Origin: Patescibacteria group bacterium | GTDB taxonomy: Bacteria; Patescibacteriota; Minisyncoccia; Phycocordibacterales; CSBR16-119 | Reading direction: 5' to 3' | Assembly (NCBI GenBank): GCA_052033715.1 | Contig: JBPOJJ010000003.1 | Coordinates: 52,383-116,382 of the forward strand | Length of the DNA stretch: 64,000 bases | Shown: positions 48,048 to 58,182 of the stretch, piece by piece | Layout: every line of letters starts with the position of its first letter | Numbering within the stretch: position 1 is the first letter of the stretch | The notes under the pieces: generated by a model | The model's input: the letters and a program-made list of their open reading frames with translations, nothing else | Told to the model about the DNA's origin: nothing | Databases searched by the model: none | Position numbers and translations under genes: made by a program

Positions 48048-48085
48048 AATGAAGAAGCCCCGCCAAGGCGGGGCTTCCGTTCGAA
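48048..48085 (-). terminator. terminator of the 48091-48498 gene
   Basis: gaagccccgcc-aag-ggcggggcttc perfect 11 bp stem; T-run on the minus strand. Confidence 0.6.
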
Positions 48086-48090
48086 CAGGC

Positions 48091-48498
48091 TCATGCTTGG
48101 CCTGCAAGCTCTCGTTCGCAGAGCTTGATCCATTCGTCCATGTTCTGGTCGATGTAGGCGACACCAATGTAGGCGCACCGATCAGTGATCGCGGGGATGA
48201 GTTTGGTCCAGCCTATGAACAAATCAACCTCGTCCTTCATCGTCATGACGCTTTTTCCAGCATGGTTTTGCTTGAGGTGTTCGAGTATCTGCGGGAGCAG
48301 GGGCCTGCCGATCTTCTTGAGCTCTTGACGAGCTTTGGAGCGATCGAATTTCTTGTTCGGCGACATGTTATTCTTGGCCAACATGTCTTTTTCGAACTGC
48401 AAAATCAGGGCAAGGTGTTCAGGCACGGGAGTTATTGGGAGCATGGTGGTGGAGTTGGGTTCGGTCAAGATATTACGATAAAAATGCGGTAGCGTCAA
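48091..48498 (-). CDS. hypothetical protein (GC-rich islet)
   Basis: Protein-like ORF with own terminator; no recognised domain. Confidence 0.5.
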   Translation of the reverse strand: MTLPHFYRNILTEPNSTTMLPITPVPEHLALILQFEKDMLAKNNMSPNKKFDRSKARQELKKIGRPLLPQILEHLKQNHAGKSVMTMKDEVDLFIGWTKLIPAITDRCAYIGVAYIDQNMDEWIKLCERELAGQA

Positions 48499-48600
48499 AT
48501 AAATTTTTTAGCTATTCTCATTTAGGCTGACGCCGCCGCACGTTAGGCTTTGATGAAAGAATAATTTATAAATTAATAAATAACTTTGTGAAAAGTGAGA

Positions 48601-48632
48601 AGGCCACCGCGTAACGGTGGCCTTCGTCATCC
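48601..48632 (-). terminator. terminator of the 48645-49250 gene
   Basis: aaggccaccg-cgtaa-cggtggcctt perfect 10 bp stem. Confidence 0.55.
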
Positions 48633-48644
48633 AAAGGATCTTCG

Positions 48645-49250
48645 TCAATTCACTCCAGCTACTCTGCGACGTTCTCGAAGCAATTCAGCATCTCCTGGGT
48701 GGTTTAGTTCACAGAGTTGGTCACCTTCCACCGGTTCGGGGTGTGGGCCCTCGATCGGGGTGTCTTTGGTCCGAGGCTCTTCTTCACACAGCTGATCTCC
48801 CAAGGCCTTCTTGGTAAGCTCGGCGATCAACCTCTGGGCTGAAAACCTAGACCGAAGAGCACCAACAACCCCTTTGTCCTCGAGTCGACCATTGATGTAG
48901 TTGAGCCGGTGGTCAACAACTCGGAATTTCTCTCGGACGTAATCCTTGGAACGTTTGGCGGCCCGGGTGAAAAGGTGGTTGATCATGGACCACAGAAGGA
49001 GGAGTAACCCTCCCGCTATGATAATCGGCCAGCCGTTCTTGGAACCCAGAACATTGTGATTCAAATACAGGCCCAAGGTCAGGCACGCGCAGAAGATCAA
49101 CATCACCAGAAGCATGTACCAGGGGTTGTCTCGTACACGCTTCTTGAGCCAGGGGCCGGTCTCTGTCTGGATGTACAGTTCGATATCCATCCTGTCCTTC
49201 CGTTCTTGCCGGTTTTCGTTCTTGTGTTCTTGATGTGTCGTGGTTGTCAT
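48645..49250 (-). CDS. hypothetical two-TM membrane protein (start trimmed to MTTTTHQ)
   Basis: Two hydrophobic helices, charged tail; GC-rich. Confidence 0.5.
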   Translation of the reverse strand: MTTTTHQEHKNENRQERKDRMDIELYIQTETGPWLKKRVRDNPWYMLLVMLIFCACLTLGLYLNHNVLGSKNGWPIIIAGGLLLLLWSMINHLFTRAAKRSKDYVREKFRVVDHRLNYINGRLEDKGVVGALRSRFSAQRLIAELTKKALGDQLCEEEPRTKDTPIEGPHPEPVEGDQLCELNHPGDAELLRERRRVAGVN

Positions 49251-49403
49251 GGTGGTGGAATTGGTGATTTTTAGGGAGCGGGTTTCGTCAGACCTCTTTT
49301 TACACCAAAAACGGCTTTTGGTCAACCTGGGCTTTGCAATCAATGGAAAATAATGTATAGTGTTAGCCCATCCCACCTCGGGATTTATTTTTTCTCAAAT
49401 CAT

Positions 49404-51161
49404 ATGGAAATCCGAAATATCGCCATCATCGCTCACGTCGACCATGGCAAGACTACTCTTACTGACGCCATCATGCGCCAAACCGGCATGGTCACCGACG
49501 AGTCAATTTCAATGGACTCAAATGCTCTCGAAAAAGAGCGCGGCATTACTATTTACGCCAAAAACACTTCCGTGGATTACAAAGGCACGAAGATAAACAT
49601 TGTTGATACGCCAGGCCACGCCGACTTTGGTTCTGAGGTTGAGCGCGTGTTACGTTCTATCGACTCCGTGCTTCTCATCGTCGATGCTCAGGAAGGTCCG
49701 ATGCCACAAACTCGTTTCGTTTTGAAAAAGTCTCTCGAGATCGGCCACAAGCCAATCGTTGTTTTGAATAAAATTGATAAACCGGCAGCGGATGCCAAAC
49801 GCGCACACGACGAAGTCTTTGAACTATTTTTCGAGCTCGGCGCAACCGAAGAACAGCTAAACTTCACAACTGTTTACGCCATCGGCAAGCAGGGGGTCGC
49901 GATGCGAAATTTAGAAGATGAGAAGAAAGACATCACTCCGCTTCTAGATGTCGTTATCGAAAAAGTCGCACCGGCCAAAAGTGAGGCCACGCTTCCACTC
50001 AAAGCCCAGCCATTCAATCTCGGTTACGACAACTTCTTCGGACGTATGGCTGTTGGCCGAATTTACGAAGGAACTCTCAAAGATGGCCAGAATGTTTTTG
50101 TAAAGAAACATGATGGTACTGTGGACACTGGTCGTGTGACGAAGCTCTTCACCTTCTCAGGAACAACCAGAAAAGAGGTCAAAGAGGTTACGGCTGGAGA
50201 CATCTTTATGGTTGCTGGTCTTCCGGAAATTTATATCGGTGACACCATTTGTGATTCCAAAGATACTGAACCACTTCCAACAATCAAAGTCGACGAACCA
50301 ACGATTGCTCTAAACTTCCTCGTCAACAATTCACCGTTCGGCGGACGCGAAGGTAAATTTGTTACGTCTCGCCAGATTCGTGAAAGACTTTTAAAAGAGC
50401 TTGAGATAAACGTCGGACTTCGTGTCGACTTCGAGGGCGACAACATGAAAGTGTTTGGTCGTGGAGAATTGCATGTCGCAATCCTAATTGAGAATATGCG
50501 ACGCGAAGGTTACGAACTTCAGGTCTCTCAGCCACAGGTCATCATCAAAGAAGAAGGCGGTGAGAAAACCGAACCTTACGAAGAAGTTACGATTGAAATT
50601 CCAGAAGATTCCCAGGGTGCTGTCATCGACAAACTTTCTCGTCGTGGGGTGCATGTTACAAACATCAAACCCGAAGAGGGAAATCGTGTACGCATGATGC
50701 TCGAAGGTCCGACTCGCGGACTTTTGGGATACAGGGGACAGTTTATGGTTGATACCAAAGGCGAGGGAATTTTCGCATCGCGCGTGATTGGATTCAAACC
50801 ATACGCAGGAGCTATCGAAAAGCGCGCAGTGGGATCAATGGTCTCAATGGCGACAGGCAAGGCGCTTGGCTACTCGCTCTGGAATCTTCAGGATCGCGGA
50901 ACTCTATATATTGGTGCCAACACCGAAGTCTACGAAGGAATGGTTCTCGGCAACACTTCCAAGGGTGAAGAGATGATGGTCAATCCAACCAAAGGTAAGA
51001 ACCTCACAAATGTTCGTTCGTCTGGAAACGACGAAGCGATTACGCTCGTTCCGCCGCTTTTGCTGACAATCGAACGCGGACTCGAAATTATGTCTGACGA
51101 TGAGTATCTAGAAGTTACGCCAATATCTGTGCGACTCAGGAAGCAAGTATTAAAAAGATAA
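49404..51161 (+). CDS. typA: translational GTPase TypA/BipA
   Basis: IRNIAIIAHVDHGKTTL G1, DTPGHADF G3, NKIDK G4; EF-G-like domains. Confidence 0.93.
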   Translation: MEIRNIAIIAHVDHGKTTLTDAIMRQTGMVTDESISMDSNALEKERGITIYAKNTSVDYKGTKINIVDTPGHADFGSEVERVLRSIDSVLLIVDAQEGPMPQTRFVLKKSLEIGHKPIVVLNKIDKPAADAKRAHDEVFELFFELGATEEQLNFTTVYAIGKQGVAMRNLEDEKKDITPLLDVVIEKVAPAKSEATLPLKAQPFNLGYDNFFGRMAVGRIYEGTLKDGQNVFVKKHDGTVDTGRVTKLFTFSGTTRKEVKEVTAGDIFMVAGLPEIYIGDTICDSKDTEPLPTIKVDEPTIALNFLVNNSPFGGREGKFVTSRQIRERLLKELEINVGLRVDFEGDNMKVFGRGELHVAILIENMRREGYELQVSQPQVIIKEEGGEKTEPYEEVTIEIPEDSQGAVIDKLSRRGVHVTNIKPEEGNRVRMMLEGPTRGLLGYRGQFMVDTKGEGIFASRVIGFKPYAGAIEKRAVGSMVSMATGKALGYSLWNLQDRGTLYIGANTEVYEGMVLGNTSKGEEMMVNPTKGKNLTNVRSSGNDEAITLVPPLLLTIERGLEIMSDDEYLEVTPISVRLRKQVLKR

Positions 51162-51167
51162 AAATTC

Positions 51168-51192
51168 GAAAGGGGCTGGAAGGCCCCTTTCA
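51168..51192 (+). terminator. rho-independent terminator
   Basis: ggggc-tggaag-gcccc then tttcac. Confidence 0.5.
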
Positions 51193-51423
51193 CTTGGTCA
51201 GAAGACCGGCGTGGAATTACACAGAATTCTGGAATTTTTGAAGCAGGAAAAGAAGGCCAAGAGATTATCCAAATACAAGAACTCTAAAGGTGAAATAAAT
51301 GTCGTTTTTTGTAGTAGCCGACACAATGTTTCCTTATATCGAGAATTATTTCGAAGTTTTGGGAAAAAATCTATAATTTAGGGGTATTTTTACGCCCTGG
51401 AATTCGTGATATAATGGCGTTAT

Positions 51424-52167
51424 ATGAATACAAGAAAAATATTTGAAACCCCAAACAGTATTCCAGCGACAATTCTCGGAATCGCCTTTATTATAGCCAT
51501 TATCATTGCCGGAGGATTTGCTCTCTCGGCCAAGAATTCAGGCAATACTCTAACCTCGACTGGTTCGGCTAAGACAAGCGTGGTATCTGACTCAGCCAAG
51601 TTTTCTGGCTCAATTATCGCTTACGGCGCGCAGTATGAACTCCCACAAAAGTATCGCGACATGGAAGTCCATACCGCTCGAGTCAAAAAATATTTGTTGG
51701 ATAATGGTGTAACCGAAGAAGAATTGACCATCTCTCCTGTAACACAATTCGAACAATACAATTACAACAACAATGATGCCAATCAGCCAAAACAATTCCA
51801 ACTTTCACAAACCGTCTCGGTTGATTCGACAGACGTGGAAAAAATTACCAAGATCTCAAACGGCGTTTCCGAAATCGCCAAGGCTGGAGTATTGTTCCAG
51901 ACCAACGGCGCTCAGTATTTCTACTCGAAACTTGCTGATCTCCGAGTGTCGCTTTTGGGCGAGGCTGTTATCGATGCCAAGGCCCGCGCCCGCGAAATCG
52001 CCAAAGCGTCTGGTGGCAATGTCGGTAAACTGAAATCTGCAACCTCTGGCGTCGTCCAAGTTCTGGCGCCAAATTCAATCGACACATCTGATTACGGCAC
52101 ATATGACACTTCGACCATAGAAAAAGACGTGATGGTGACTGTCCGCGCAACATTTATTATTAAATAG
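51424..52167 (+). CDS. SIMPL / DUF541 domain protein
   Basis: N-terminal TM; C-terminal ...VDAKARAREIAKASGGNVGKLKS... typical of DUF541. Confidence 0.8.
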   Translation: MNTRKIFETPNSIPATILGIAFIIAIIIAGGFALSAKNSGNTLTSTGSAKTSVVSDSAKFSGSIIAYGAQYELPQKYRDMEVHTARVKKYLLDNGVTEEELTISPVTQFEQYNYNNNDANQPKQFQLSQTVSVDSTDVEKITKISNGVSEIAKAGVLFQTNGAQYFYSKLADLRVSLLGEAVIDAKARAREIAKASGGNVGKLKSATSGVVQVLAPNSIDTSDYGTYDTSTIEKDVMVTVRATFIIK

Positions 52168-52168
52168 T

Positions 52169-52654
52169 ATGCAAATGACGCTTCTGAAAAATATTATTAT
52201 TGTAATCGTTGGAGCACTGGTGGTGTTCTTTGTATTATCCAAAGTAACGCACGCTCCTGTGCCTGTGGTTGAAGAACCAACACCTATTATTGATGCATTC
52301 GACAATGAGACCAAGCTTATATCGCTAAAAGGTGTTGAGATTTATATAAGTATGCCTCATCCGAATGAGGTTTCTGGAAGCCCGCTAAAAATTTCTGGAC
52401 GAGCTCCAGGTAATTGGTTCTTTGAAGCGAGCGCGCCGGTAACGCTTACGAATTGGGATGGACTTATTATTGGCGAGAGTTATGTCCAAGCACAAGGTGA
52501 ATGGATGACGACGAACTACGTGCCATTTGAAGGCGAGATTATTTTCCCAGAGGGTAATCTATACAACAGAGGATTCTTAATATTTAAAAAAGATAATCCT
52601 TCAGGATTGCCTGAAAACGATGACTCAGTCGAAATGATGATTAAAATCAAATAA
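52169..52654 (+). CDS. membrane-anchored Gmad2 Ig-like domain protein
   Basis: SPLKISGRAPGNWFFEASAPVTL...AQGEWMTTNYVPF pattern. Confidence 0.7.
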   Translation: MQMTLLKNIIIVIVGALVVFFVLSKVTHAPVPVVEEPTPIIDAFDNETKLISLKGVEIYISMPHPNEVSGSPLKISGRAPGNWFFEASAPVTLTNWDGLIIGESYVQAQGEWMTTNYVPFEGEIIFPEGNLYNRGFLIFKKDNPSGLPENDDSVEMMIKIK

Positions 52655-52735
52655 AACGACAGAGCTTGACCCAATTTGCCATAGGCTCGTCCATAGGTAT
52701 AATTGGTGTAAGATATTACTAGTTTAAATCTTTTT

Positions 52736-53278
52736 ATGACCACATTTGGAAAAATTTTAATCGGACTCATGCTCGCCACTGCGGCAGTCCTTATAATGAA
52801 AGGAGGGGACAAACCCTCAGAGACAGTTCTTGTCGAAGAGGTTCAGGACACCAGTACCCCAGCGACTTCAGCAGATGCTCCGAAAGAGGGAAAATTTAAT
52901 GGTTCAGTTAATGAACTCATTGCTCGCGGAGGAGACTATGAATGTAACTTCAGTCATACTACCGATGTGTCGGATACGATTGGCACGGTCTTCATCTCAG
53001 GCAAGAAAATGCGCGGAGATTTCAATTCATCAACCAAAGTTGGAACTAATATGAAAATCGAATCGCACATGATTTCTGATGGAGAATATTTGTACAACTG
53101 GTCGTCATCTGTGCCAATGGGATTCAAGGTTGCGATTGCCAAAACCGAAAACGCAACTTCAACACCAGGATCTTCTGGCCTAGATTATAATCAAAAGCTC
53201 GACTATGATTGCAAGGCTTGGACAGTTGATGCCAGCAAGTTTGTAATTCCAGCCGAGATTAAATTCACGACAATCTAA
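52736..53278 (+). CDS. secreted hypothetical protein
   Basis: Signal peptide; beta-rich composition. Confidence 0.6.
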   Translation: MTTFGKILIGLMLATAAVLIMKGGDKPSETVLVEEVQDTSTPATSADAPKEGKFNGSVNELIARGGDYECNFSHTTDVSDTIGTVFISGKKMRGDFNSSTKVGTNMKIESHMISDGEYLYNWSSSVPMGFKVAIAKTENATSTPGSSGLDYNQKLDYDCKAWTVDASKFVIPAEIKFTTI

Positions 53279-53280
53279 AC

Positions 53281-54600
53281 ATGTCTCAATTCTTCAAGAA
53301 AAATTGGAAAAGATTTTTGGGCGTTATCGTCCTGGTTGTTTTACTGATTGCGATTATTGGACGCAAGAAAGACGTTGTCTTAGCAACACACACTGTTGCG
53401 CGTCAGGATGTTTCAGACATATTGCTTTTGTCTGGTAAAGTTGAGCCGGTTGATCGTGTTGAGATGGCTTTTGCTGGAAGTGGTATTATCGATGGCGTTT
53501 TTAAACAAAATGGCGATACTGTCAGGTCTGGAGAAAAAATCGTTGAACTTGATAATGCATCACTGCGCGCAGATTTGGCCGACATCACTGCTGGATCTGT
53601 AAACAAAGAACAAGAGCTTTTGGTCGCTAATGCGCGCAAGAGACTTCTGAACGATGATTTGGCGGCCTATTTGGTTTCAAGCGGAGATAATGATTTGTCG
53701 GCGACCGTAACGGGCTCATATCAAAATCTTGAAGAAGGAACATATTATCTCAATGCTTATGCTTCAGCGGCTGATTCGGGTTTTTCTCTGAAAATTACCG
53801 GCCTTGAAAATGCGAGTGCTCCGGTTAATTTTAATTCTCCTGTTGCTGTCGGTAAGCGTGGGCTCTTTATTCAATTTAACGACTCAGAAGCCTCTTATGC
53901 CGGAAGTTCGTGGGTTATTGAAATTCCAAACAAACGTGGCTCCAACTATATTAGTAATCTAAATGCTTATGAGTCAGCTCAAAAAACGCGAGATATAGAA
54001 ATTGCGCAGACTTCAGCGCGCGTTGCTGGTATCCAGGCGGACATCGAAGCCAGAACTTTGCGTGCACCTTTTGATGGCGTGGTGTCGAAAGTTGACGCCC
54101 GAAAAGGCGAGATCGCAAGCGCGGGAGAAATTGTAGCGACAATAATTTCCAAAGATAAATTCCGTGTCAAAGTCCAGGTTCCAGAAGTAGATATCGTAAA
54201 TCTCCTACCAGGACTTGTGGCGGAGATCACGCTCGATGCTTATGGCAAAGATGTTGTTTTCCCAGCCAAAGTTATAGCTGTTGATCAATCCGAAACTAGA
54301 GTTGACGGAGTGTCTGTCTATGAAGCTGAAGTATTGTTCGACAATGTTGACCCTCGAATTCTCTCTGGTTTGTCGGCCAATGTCTCGATTTTGAAAAGCA
54401 AGAAAGAGGCGGTTCTCTGTGTGCCAGCGAGATTTATCGATAAAGATAGTACCGGAGAATTTGTTCTAATCCAAAATTTGGCCACCGAAACTAACGACAA
54501 GACTGCCGTCACAACAGCTCTTCAGGGTTCTGATGGCTGCGTCGAGATTTTGTCTGGAGTCAAAGAAGGAGACGTCGTCGTAGGTGATTTCGAAAAATAA
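53281..54600 (+). CDS. HlyD-family periplasmic adaptor (membrane fusion protein)
   Basis: N-terminal TM, coiled coil, beta-barrel / lipoyl-like segments (KFRVKVQVPEVDIV...). Confidence 0.8.
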   Translation: MSQFFKKNWKRFLGVIVLVVLLIAIIGRKKDVVLATHTVARQDVSDILLLSGKVEPVDRVEMAFAGSGIIDGVFKQNGDTVRSGEKIVELDNASLRADLADITAGSVNKEQELLVANARKRLLNDDLAAYLVSSGDNDLSATVTGSYQNLEEGTYYLNAYASAADSGFSLKITGLENASAPVNFNSPVAVGKRGLFIQFNDSEASYAGSSWVIEIPNKRGSNYISNLNAYESAQKTRDIEIAQTSARVAGIQADIEARTLRAPFDGVVSKVDARKGEIASAGEIVATIISKDKFRVKVQVPEVDIVNLLPGLVAEITLDAYGKDVVFPAKVIAVDQSETRVDGVSVYEAEVLFDNVDPRILSGLSANVSILKSKKEAVLCVPARFIDKDSTGEFVLIQNLATETNDKTAVTTALQGSDGCVEILSGVKEGDVVVGDFEK

Positions 54601-54603
54601 TTT

Positions 54604-55851
54604 ATGATGTCGGCGCTTCGCGTAGGATTACTTCTGGGTTTACGACAGATTAAAAGAGCCAATAAATGGACGACGGCTCTTATTGTATTTATCATGATGC
54701 TGACGTTTCTGAATCTCGTTGGAGTTTCTGGTATCTTGGTTGGACTCATCGAGGGCTCGGTCAAGGCCAACCGCGAACAATACAGTGGCAATGTTTTTCT
54801 AAGCACTCCAAAAGGCGAATCTTTCATCGAGCGTAGCCAAGAAATTCTCTCGACGATTGAGACAATTCCGGAAGTCAAAAATTATACTGCGCGATTTATC
54901 GAGTCAGCAAACATCGAAGCAAACTATCGAACACGACGTGACCCAGATGCTTTGCGCGATAGTATTGGCGGACAAGTCACTGGCATAAATTTGGTAAAAG
55001 AAAACGAAGTCACGAATCTCTCTAAATACGTGGCCGAAGGAGAATTTCTAGACGCGGGCGATGACGAATACGTGCTTATGGGTGCGAACATGATTCAGCG
55101 GTACGTGTCGGCTTTTGGTGAAGGCTTTGACACGCTTGATGATATTTTTCCTGGAACACGTATTAGGATTTCGGCAAACGGTAAGACCAAAGAGTACACA
55201 GTTAAAGGTATTGTCGATAGTAAGGTTGATCAAACGTCTTTTCGAATTTTTATGACCGAAGCCGAGTTTATTAGATTTTTTGATCGAACAAGTCTTAATA
55301 TTAATGAAATTGCCGTTCTCGCAGATGACGGAGTATCTGAAGACACACTTAAAAACATTTTTCTTCGAAGTGGATTCGATCGAACGGCAAAAATCCAGAC
55401 CTCGGCCGAAGCCATTCCGCAATTTTTGGTCGATATCAAACTCGCTTTCGGACTACTCGGTAACATTATTGGCGGTATCGGTATCATCGTTGCTTCGATT
55501 ACCATCTTCATCATTATCTTCATCAACGCTATTACTCGTAGGAAATACATCGGTATCTTGAAAGCTATTGGAATCGAAGCGCGTTCGATCAAATTTGCCT
55601 ATATCTTCCAGTCACTTTTTTACGCGGTCTCTGGCGCGCTTCTCGGGATGATCGTTTTGTATGGCGTTATGGTTCCAGGGTTCAATGCGCACCCGATAGA
55701 TTTTCCATTCTCTGACGGAATACTGGTTGCGCCCTTCGACAGTACGATGAGAAAATTTGTTTTACTTCTTGTTGTGACGTTCTTGGCTGGATATATTCCT
55801 GCGTCGATGATTATCAAAAAGAATACACTTGATTCGATTCTGGGAAGATAA
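54604..55851 (+). CDS. ABC transporter permease, FtsX/MacB-like
   Basis: N-terminal TM, large extracytoplasmic domain, C-terminal 3-TM FtsX fold. Confidence 0.85.
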   Translation: MMSALRVGLLLGLRQIKRANKWTTALIVFIMMLTFLNLVGVSGILVGLIEGSVKANREQYSGNVFLSTPKGESFIERSQEILSTIETIPEVKNYTARFIESANIEANYRTRRDPDALRDSIGGQVTGINLVKENEVTNLSKYVAEGEFLDAGDDEYVLMGANMIQRYVSAFGEGFDTLDDIFPGTRIRISANGKTKEYTVKGIVDSKVDQTSFRIFMTEAEFIRFFDRTSLNINEIAVLADDGVSEDTLKNIFLRSGFDRTAKIQTSAEAIPQFLVDIKLAFGLLGNIIGGIGIIVASITIFIIIFINAITRRKYIGILKAIGIEARSIKFAYIFQSLFYAVSGALLGMIVLYGVMVPGFNAHPIDFPFSDGILVAPFDSTMRKFVLLLVVTFLAGYIPASMIIKKNTLDSILGR

Positions 55852-55881
55852 TTTATCCGCCAAATTTTATGTATTAAATTT

Positions 55882-56592
55882 ATGATCTCAGTAAAAAATC
55901 TTACAAAAACATACACAAACGGCAAACTCGAGACACATGTCTTGAAAGGTATTGATCTTGAAATAAAGAAAGGCGAATTTGTGGCGATCATGGGGAAATC
56001 TGGCGCCGGTAAATCAACCCTTATGTATCAAATGAGCCTTCTTGATGAACCAACCACAGGAGAAATAATCGTCGATGGGGAAGAAGTTTTGAAACTATCA
56101 AACAAAAAAAGAACTCGTTTTCGACTGGATCGGCTTGGTTACGTCTTTCAAGATTATGCATTGGTACCGGAACTGACCGCTTCAGAAAACGTTTTGATTC
56201 CGCTTCTTATGAAAGGCAAATCTCCTGAAAATTCCAAGGTTATTGCCCTCAAAGCCTTGACCGAAGTTGGTTTGGCTCATCGTGAGAATAATCGACCAGC
56301 CCAGCTTTCTGGTGGAGAACAACAACGCGTCTCAATCGCTCGCGCCATTGCCGAAGACCCAAGAATTCTTTTTGCTGATGAACCGACGGCGAATCTCGAC
56401 TCTGCCTCCGGAACACACATCATCGAAGTCCTCCGAGATCTAAACAAGAAAGGTCAGACCATCGTTATGGTTACCCACGAAAAAGAATATACTCTCTATT
56501 GCGATCGAATAATTCATCTGGAGGATGGAAGGATTACGAGGGAAGAGACATTGCACTCCGTAAATAGCACCTCTTTGGAAAGACCAGAATAA
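55882..56592 (+). CDS. ABC transporter ATP-binding protein (MacB/LolD-type)
   Basis: Walker [10 protein letters not shown], signature [14 protein letters not shown], Walker B ILFADEPT. Confidence 0.92.
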   Translation: MISVKNLTKTYTNGKLETHVLKGIDLEIKKGEFVAIMGKSGAGKSTLMYQMSLLDEPTTGEIIVDGEEVLKLSNKKRTRFRLDRLGYVFQDYALVPELTASENVLIPLLMKGKSPENSKVIALKALTEVGLAHRENNRPAQLSGGEQQRVSIARAIAEDPRILFADEPTANLDSASGTHIIEVLRDLNKKGQTIVMVTHEKEYTLYCDRIIHLEDGRITREETLHSVNSTSLERPE

Positions 56593-56713
56593 CTTTTACT
56601 TGAGGGAAAAATTTTCTTCCACCTCGGATTTTTATAAACAAAAATCCTCTGGCGAGCCTTCTTTAAGTGGTCTGTTTGCTCCGCCAGGAGGTAAATAAGG
56701 TAAAATACTAATT

Positions 56714-57418
56714 ATGGAACAAATAAACATCATCACTTCATTTTTGGCAGGAATCTTTATGTTCTTGGCGCCGTGCACGCTTCCGTTGGTGCCGGGATTT
56801 GTCGCTTTTATCTCAGCCGGGGATCGATCAAAAGCAGTTAGAAATTCAGCATTGTTTTGTCTCGGATTTTTGATTACATTTCTAGTGTTTGGAATTTTGG
56901 CTGGAATTTTGGGACACGTGTTGTTGCCATACAAAATCATCCTTCAGAAGATTGGCGGACTTTTTATAATCTTCTTCGGGCTTTACATAATGGGACTTTT
57001 CCGGTTACCGTTTTTTGAGCAGAACTTTTCTCCGGCGCTTTTCCAGAAAATTTTGAAACACAAATATTCACCATTTATTTTTGGCGTGTCTTTTGCCTGT
57101 GGTTGGACGCCGTGCGTGGGGCCAGTGTTGGCCGGGATATTTTTCTACGCCGCCTTTAGTTTCAGCGTCCTGAAGGCGCTGTGGCTTTTCTTGTTCTTTG
57201 CGCTTGGATTTATCGTCCCGTTTTTGATCATTTCAGTTCTAGTCAAAAGAGGCAAGAATTTGTCTCTGCGCTCTTCTCGCTGGTTTTCTTTTCTCGCAGG
57301 AGTCTTGCTGATATTTGTTGGAGTATTGTTATTCGTAGACAACTTTAATGCGCTGTCTGTTTGGGCCTACAAACTATTTCAATTCTTAAATTACGAAGGA
57401 ATAAATAATTTACTTTAG
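56714..57418 (+). CDS. ccdA: cytochrome c-type biogenesis / thiol-disulfide transporter CcdA (DsbD core)
   Basis: Six TM; Cys motifs APCTLPL and CGWTPCVGP. Confidence 0.8.
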   Translation: MEQINIITSFLAGIFMFLAPCTLPLVPGFVAFISAGDRSKAVRNSALFCLGFLITFLVFGILAGILGHVLLPYKIILQKIGGLFIIFFGLYIMGLFRLPFFEQNFSPALFQKILKHKYSPFIFGVSFACGWTPCVGPVLAGIFFYAAFSFSVLKALWLFLFFALGFIVPFLIISVLVKRGKNLSLRSSRWFSFLAGVLLIFVGVLLFVDNFNALSVWAYKLFQFLNYEGINNLL

Positions 57419-58090
57419 TTTCTTTTTAGGTGTTTCTGGTGTTTTTATCTCGAGGCCTGGAATAATAGTCGGGATAAATTCTCCTATGCGGCGCAACCAG
57501 CTTATAAAATTTTTCTGAATATATCTAAGTACGACGATAGTGAAAACAATAAGCAGGCCAGTTAACAAATAATTTTTAAATCGGCCTACGCCTTCGGTGA
57601 TGATTTCAATCTGTTTGTGGAAATGATGTCCGAGTCCAAGAAAAATGTTTACATAGATAACCAGAGCCAAAAAATTATGCGTTAAAAAAGTCTTACGGTC
57701 GACTTTCAAGTACCCAGACATAACTGGTCCGATAAAACGCAAATAAACCAGAAATCTAGAAAAGAAAATAATCTTTTTGATATGTCGGCGAGTGTAGCCC
57801 TCGTTCTTTAGAAGACCTCTTTTTTGAAGTCTTTTAATAAATCCTCGAACTAGTCGACTGCCGCGTAAAGTTAAGCTGTATAGAGCGTAGTCTGAAATCA
57901 TTAGCCCTAAAATGAAAATACCCATAACCATTGGATACATAAATAATCCATTTCCTGACAAATATCCCATTACGACCAGAATCAGTTCTTCTGGAACCGG
58001 AATGAACATGTTTGATAACATAGCCAAAATAAGGACTCCAAAATAAGAAAGTCCTCCCAAAGAAGCTATTATGGCGTTTGAATCTTCCAT
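57410..58090 (-). CDS. DedA / SNARE-associated family membrane protein
   Basis: DedA signature ...FIPVPEELILVVMGYL... Confidence 0.85.
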   Translation of the reverse strand: MEDSNAIIASLGGLSYFGVLILAMLSNMFIPVPEELILVVMGYLSGNGLFMYPMVMGIFILGLMISDYALYSLTLRGSRLVRGFIKRLQKRGLLKNEGYTRRHIKKIIFFSRFLVYLRFIGPVMSGYLKVDRKTFLTHNFLALVIYVNIFLGLGHHFHKQIEIITEGVGRFKNYLLTGLLIVFTIVVLRYIQKNFISWLRRIGEFIPTIIPGLEIKTPETPKKKLK

Positions 58091-58182
58091 GTAGTTGTTA
58101 GTTAATTATACCAAAAAGGTATTTTTGCAAAAGTGCAAAGATGTTATAATTGATCTGCGAGATTAAATTTAATTTAAAAAAT

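Noticed and set aside
47677-48492. 271-aa + strand ORF
   Set aside because: It overlaps the desaturase 3' end and is antisense to the terminator-bounded 48091-48498 gene; its composition is not protein-like.
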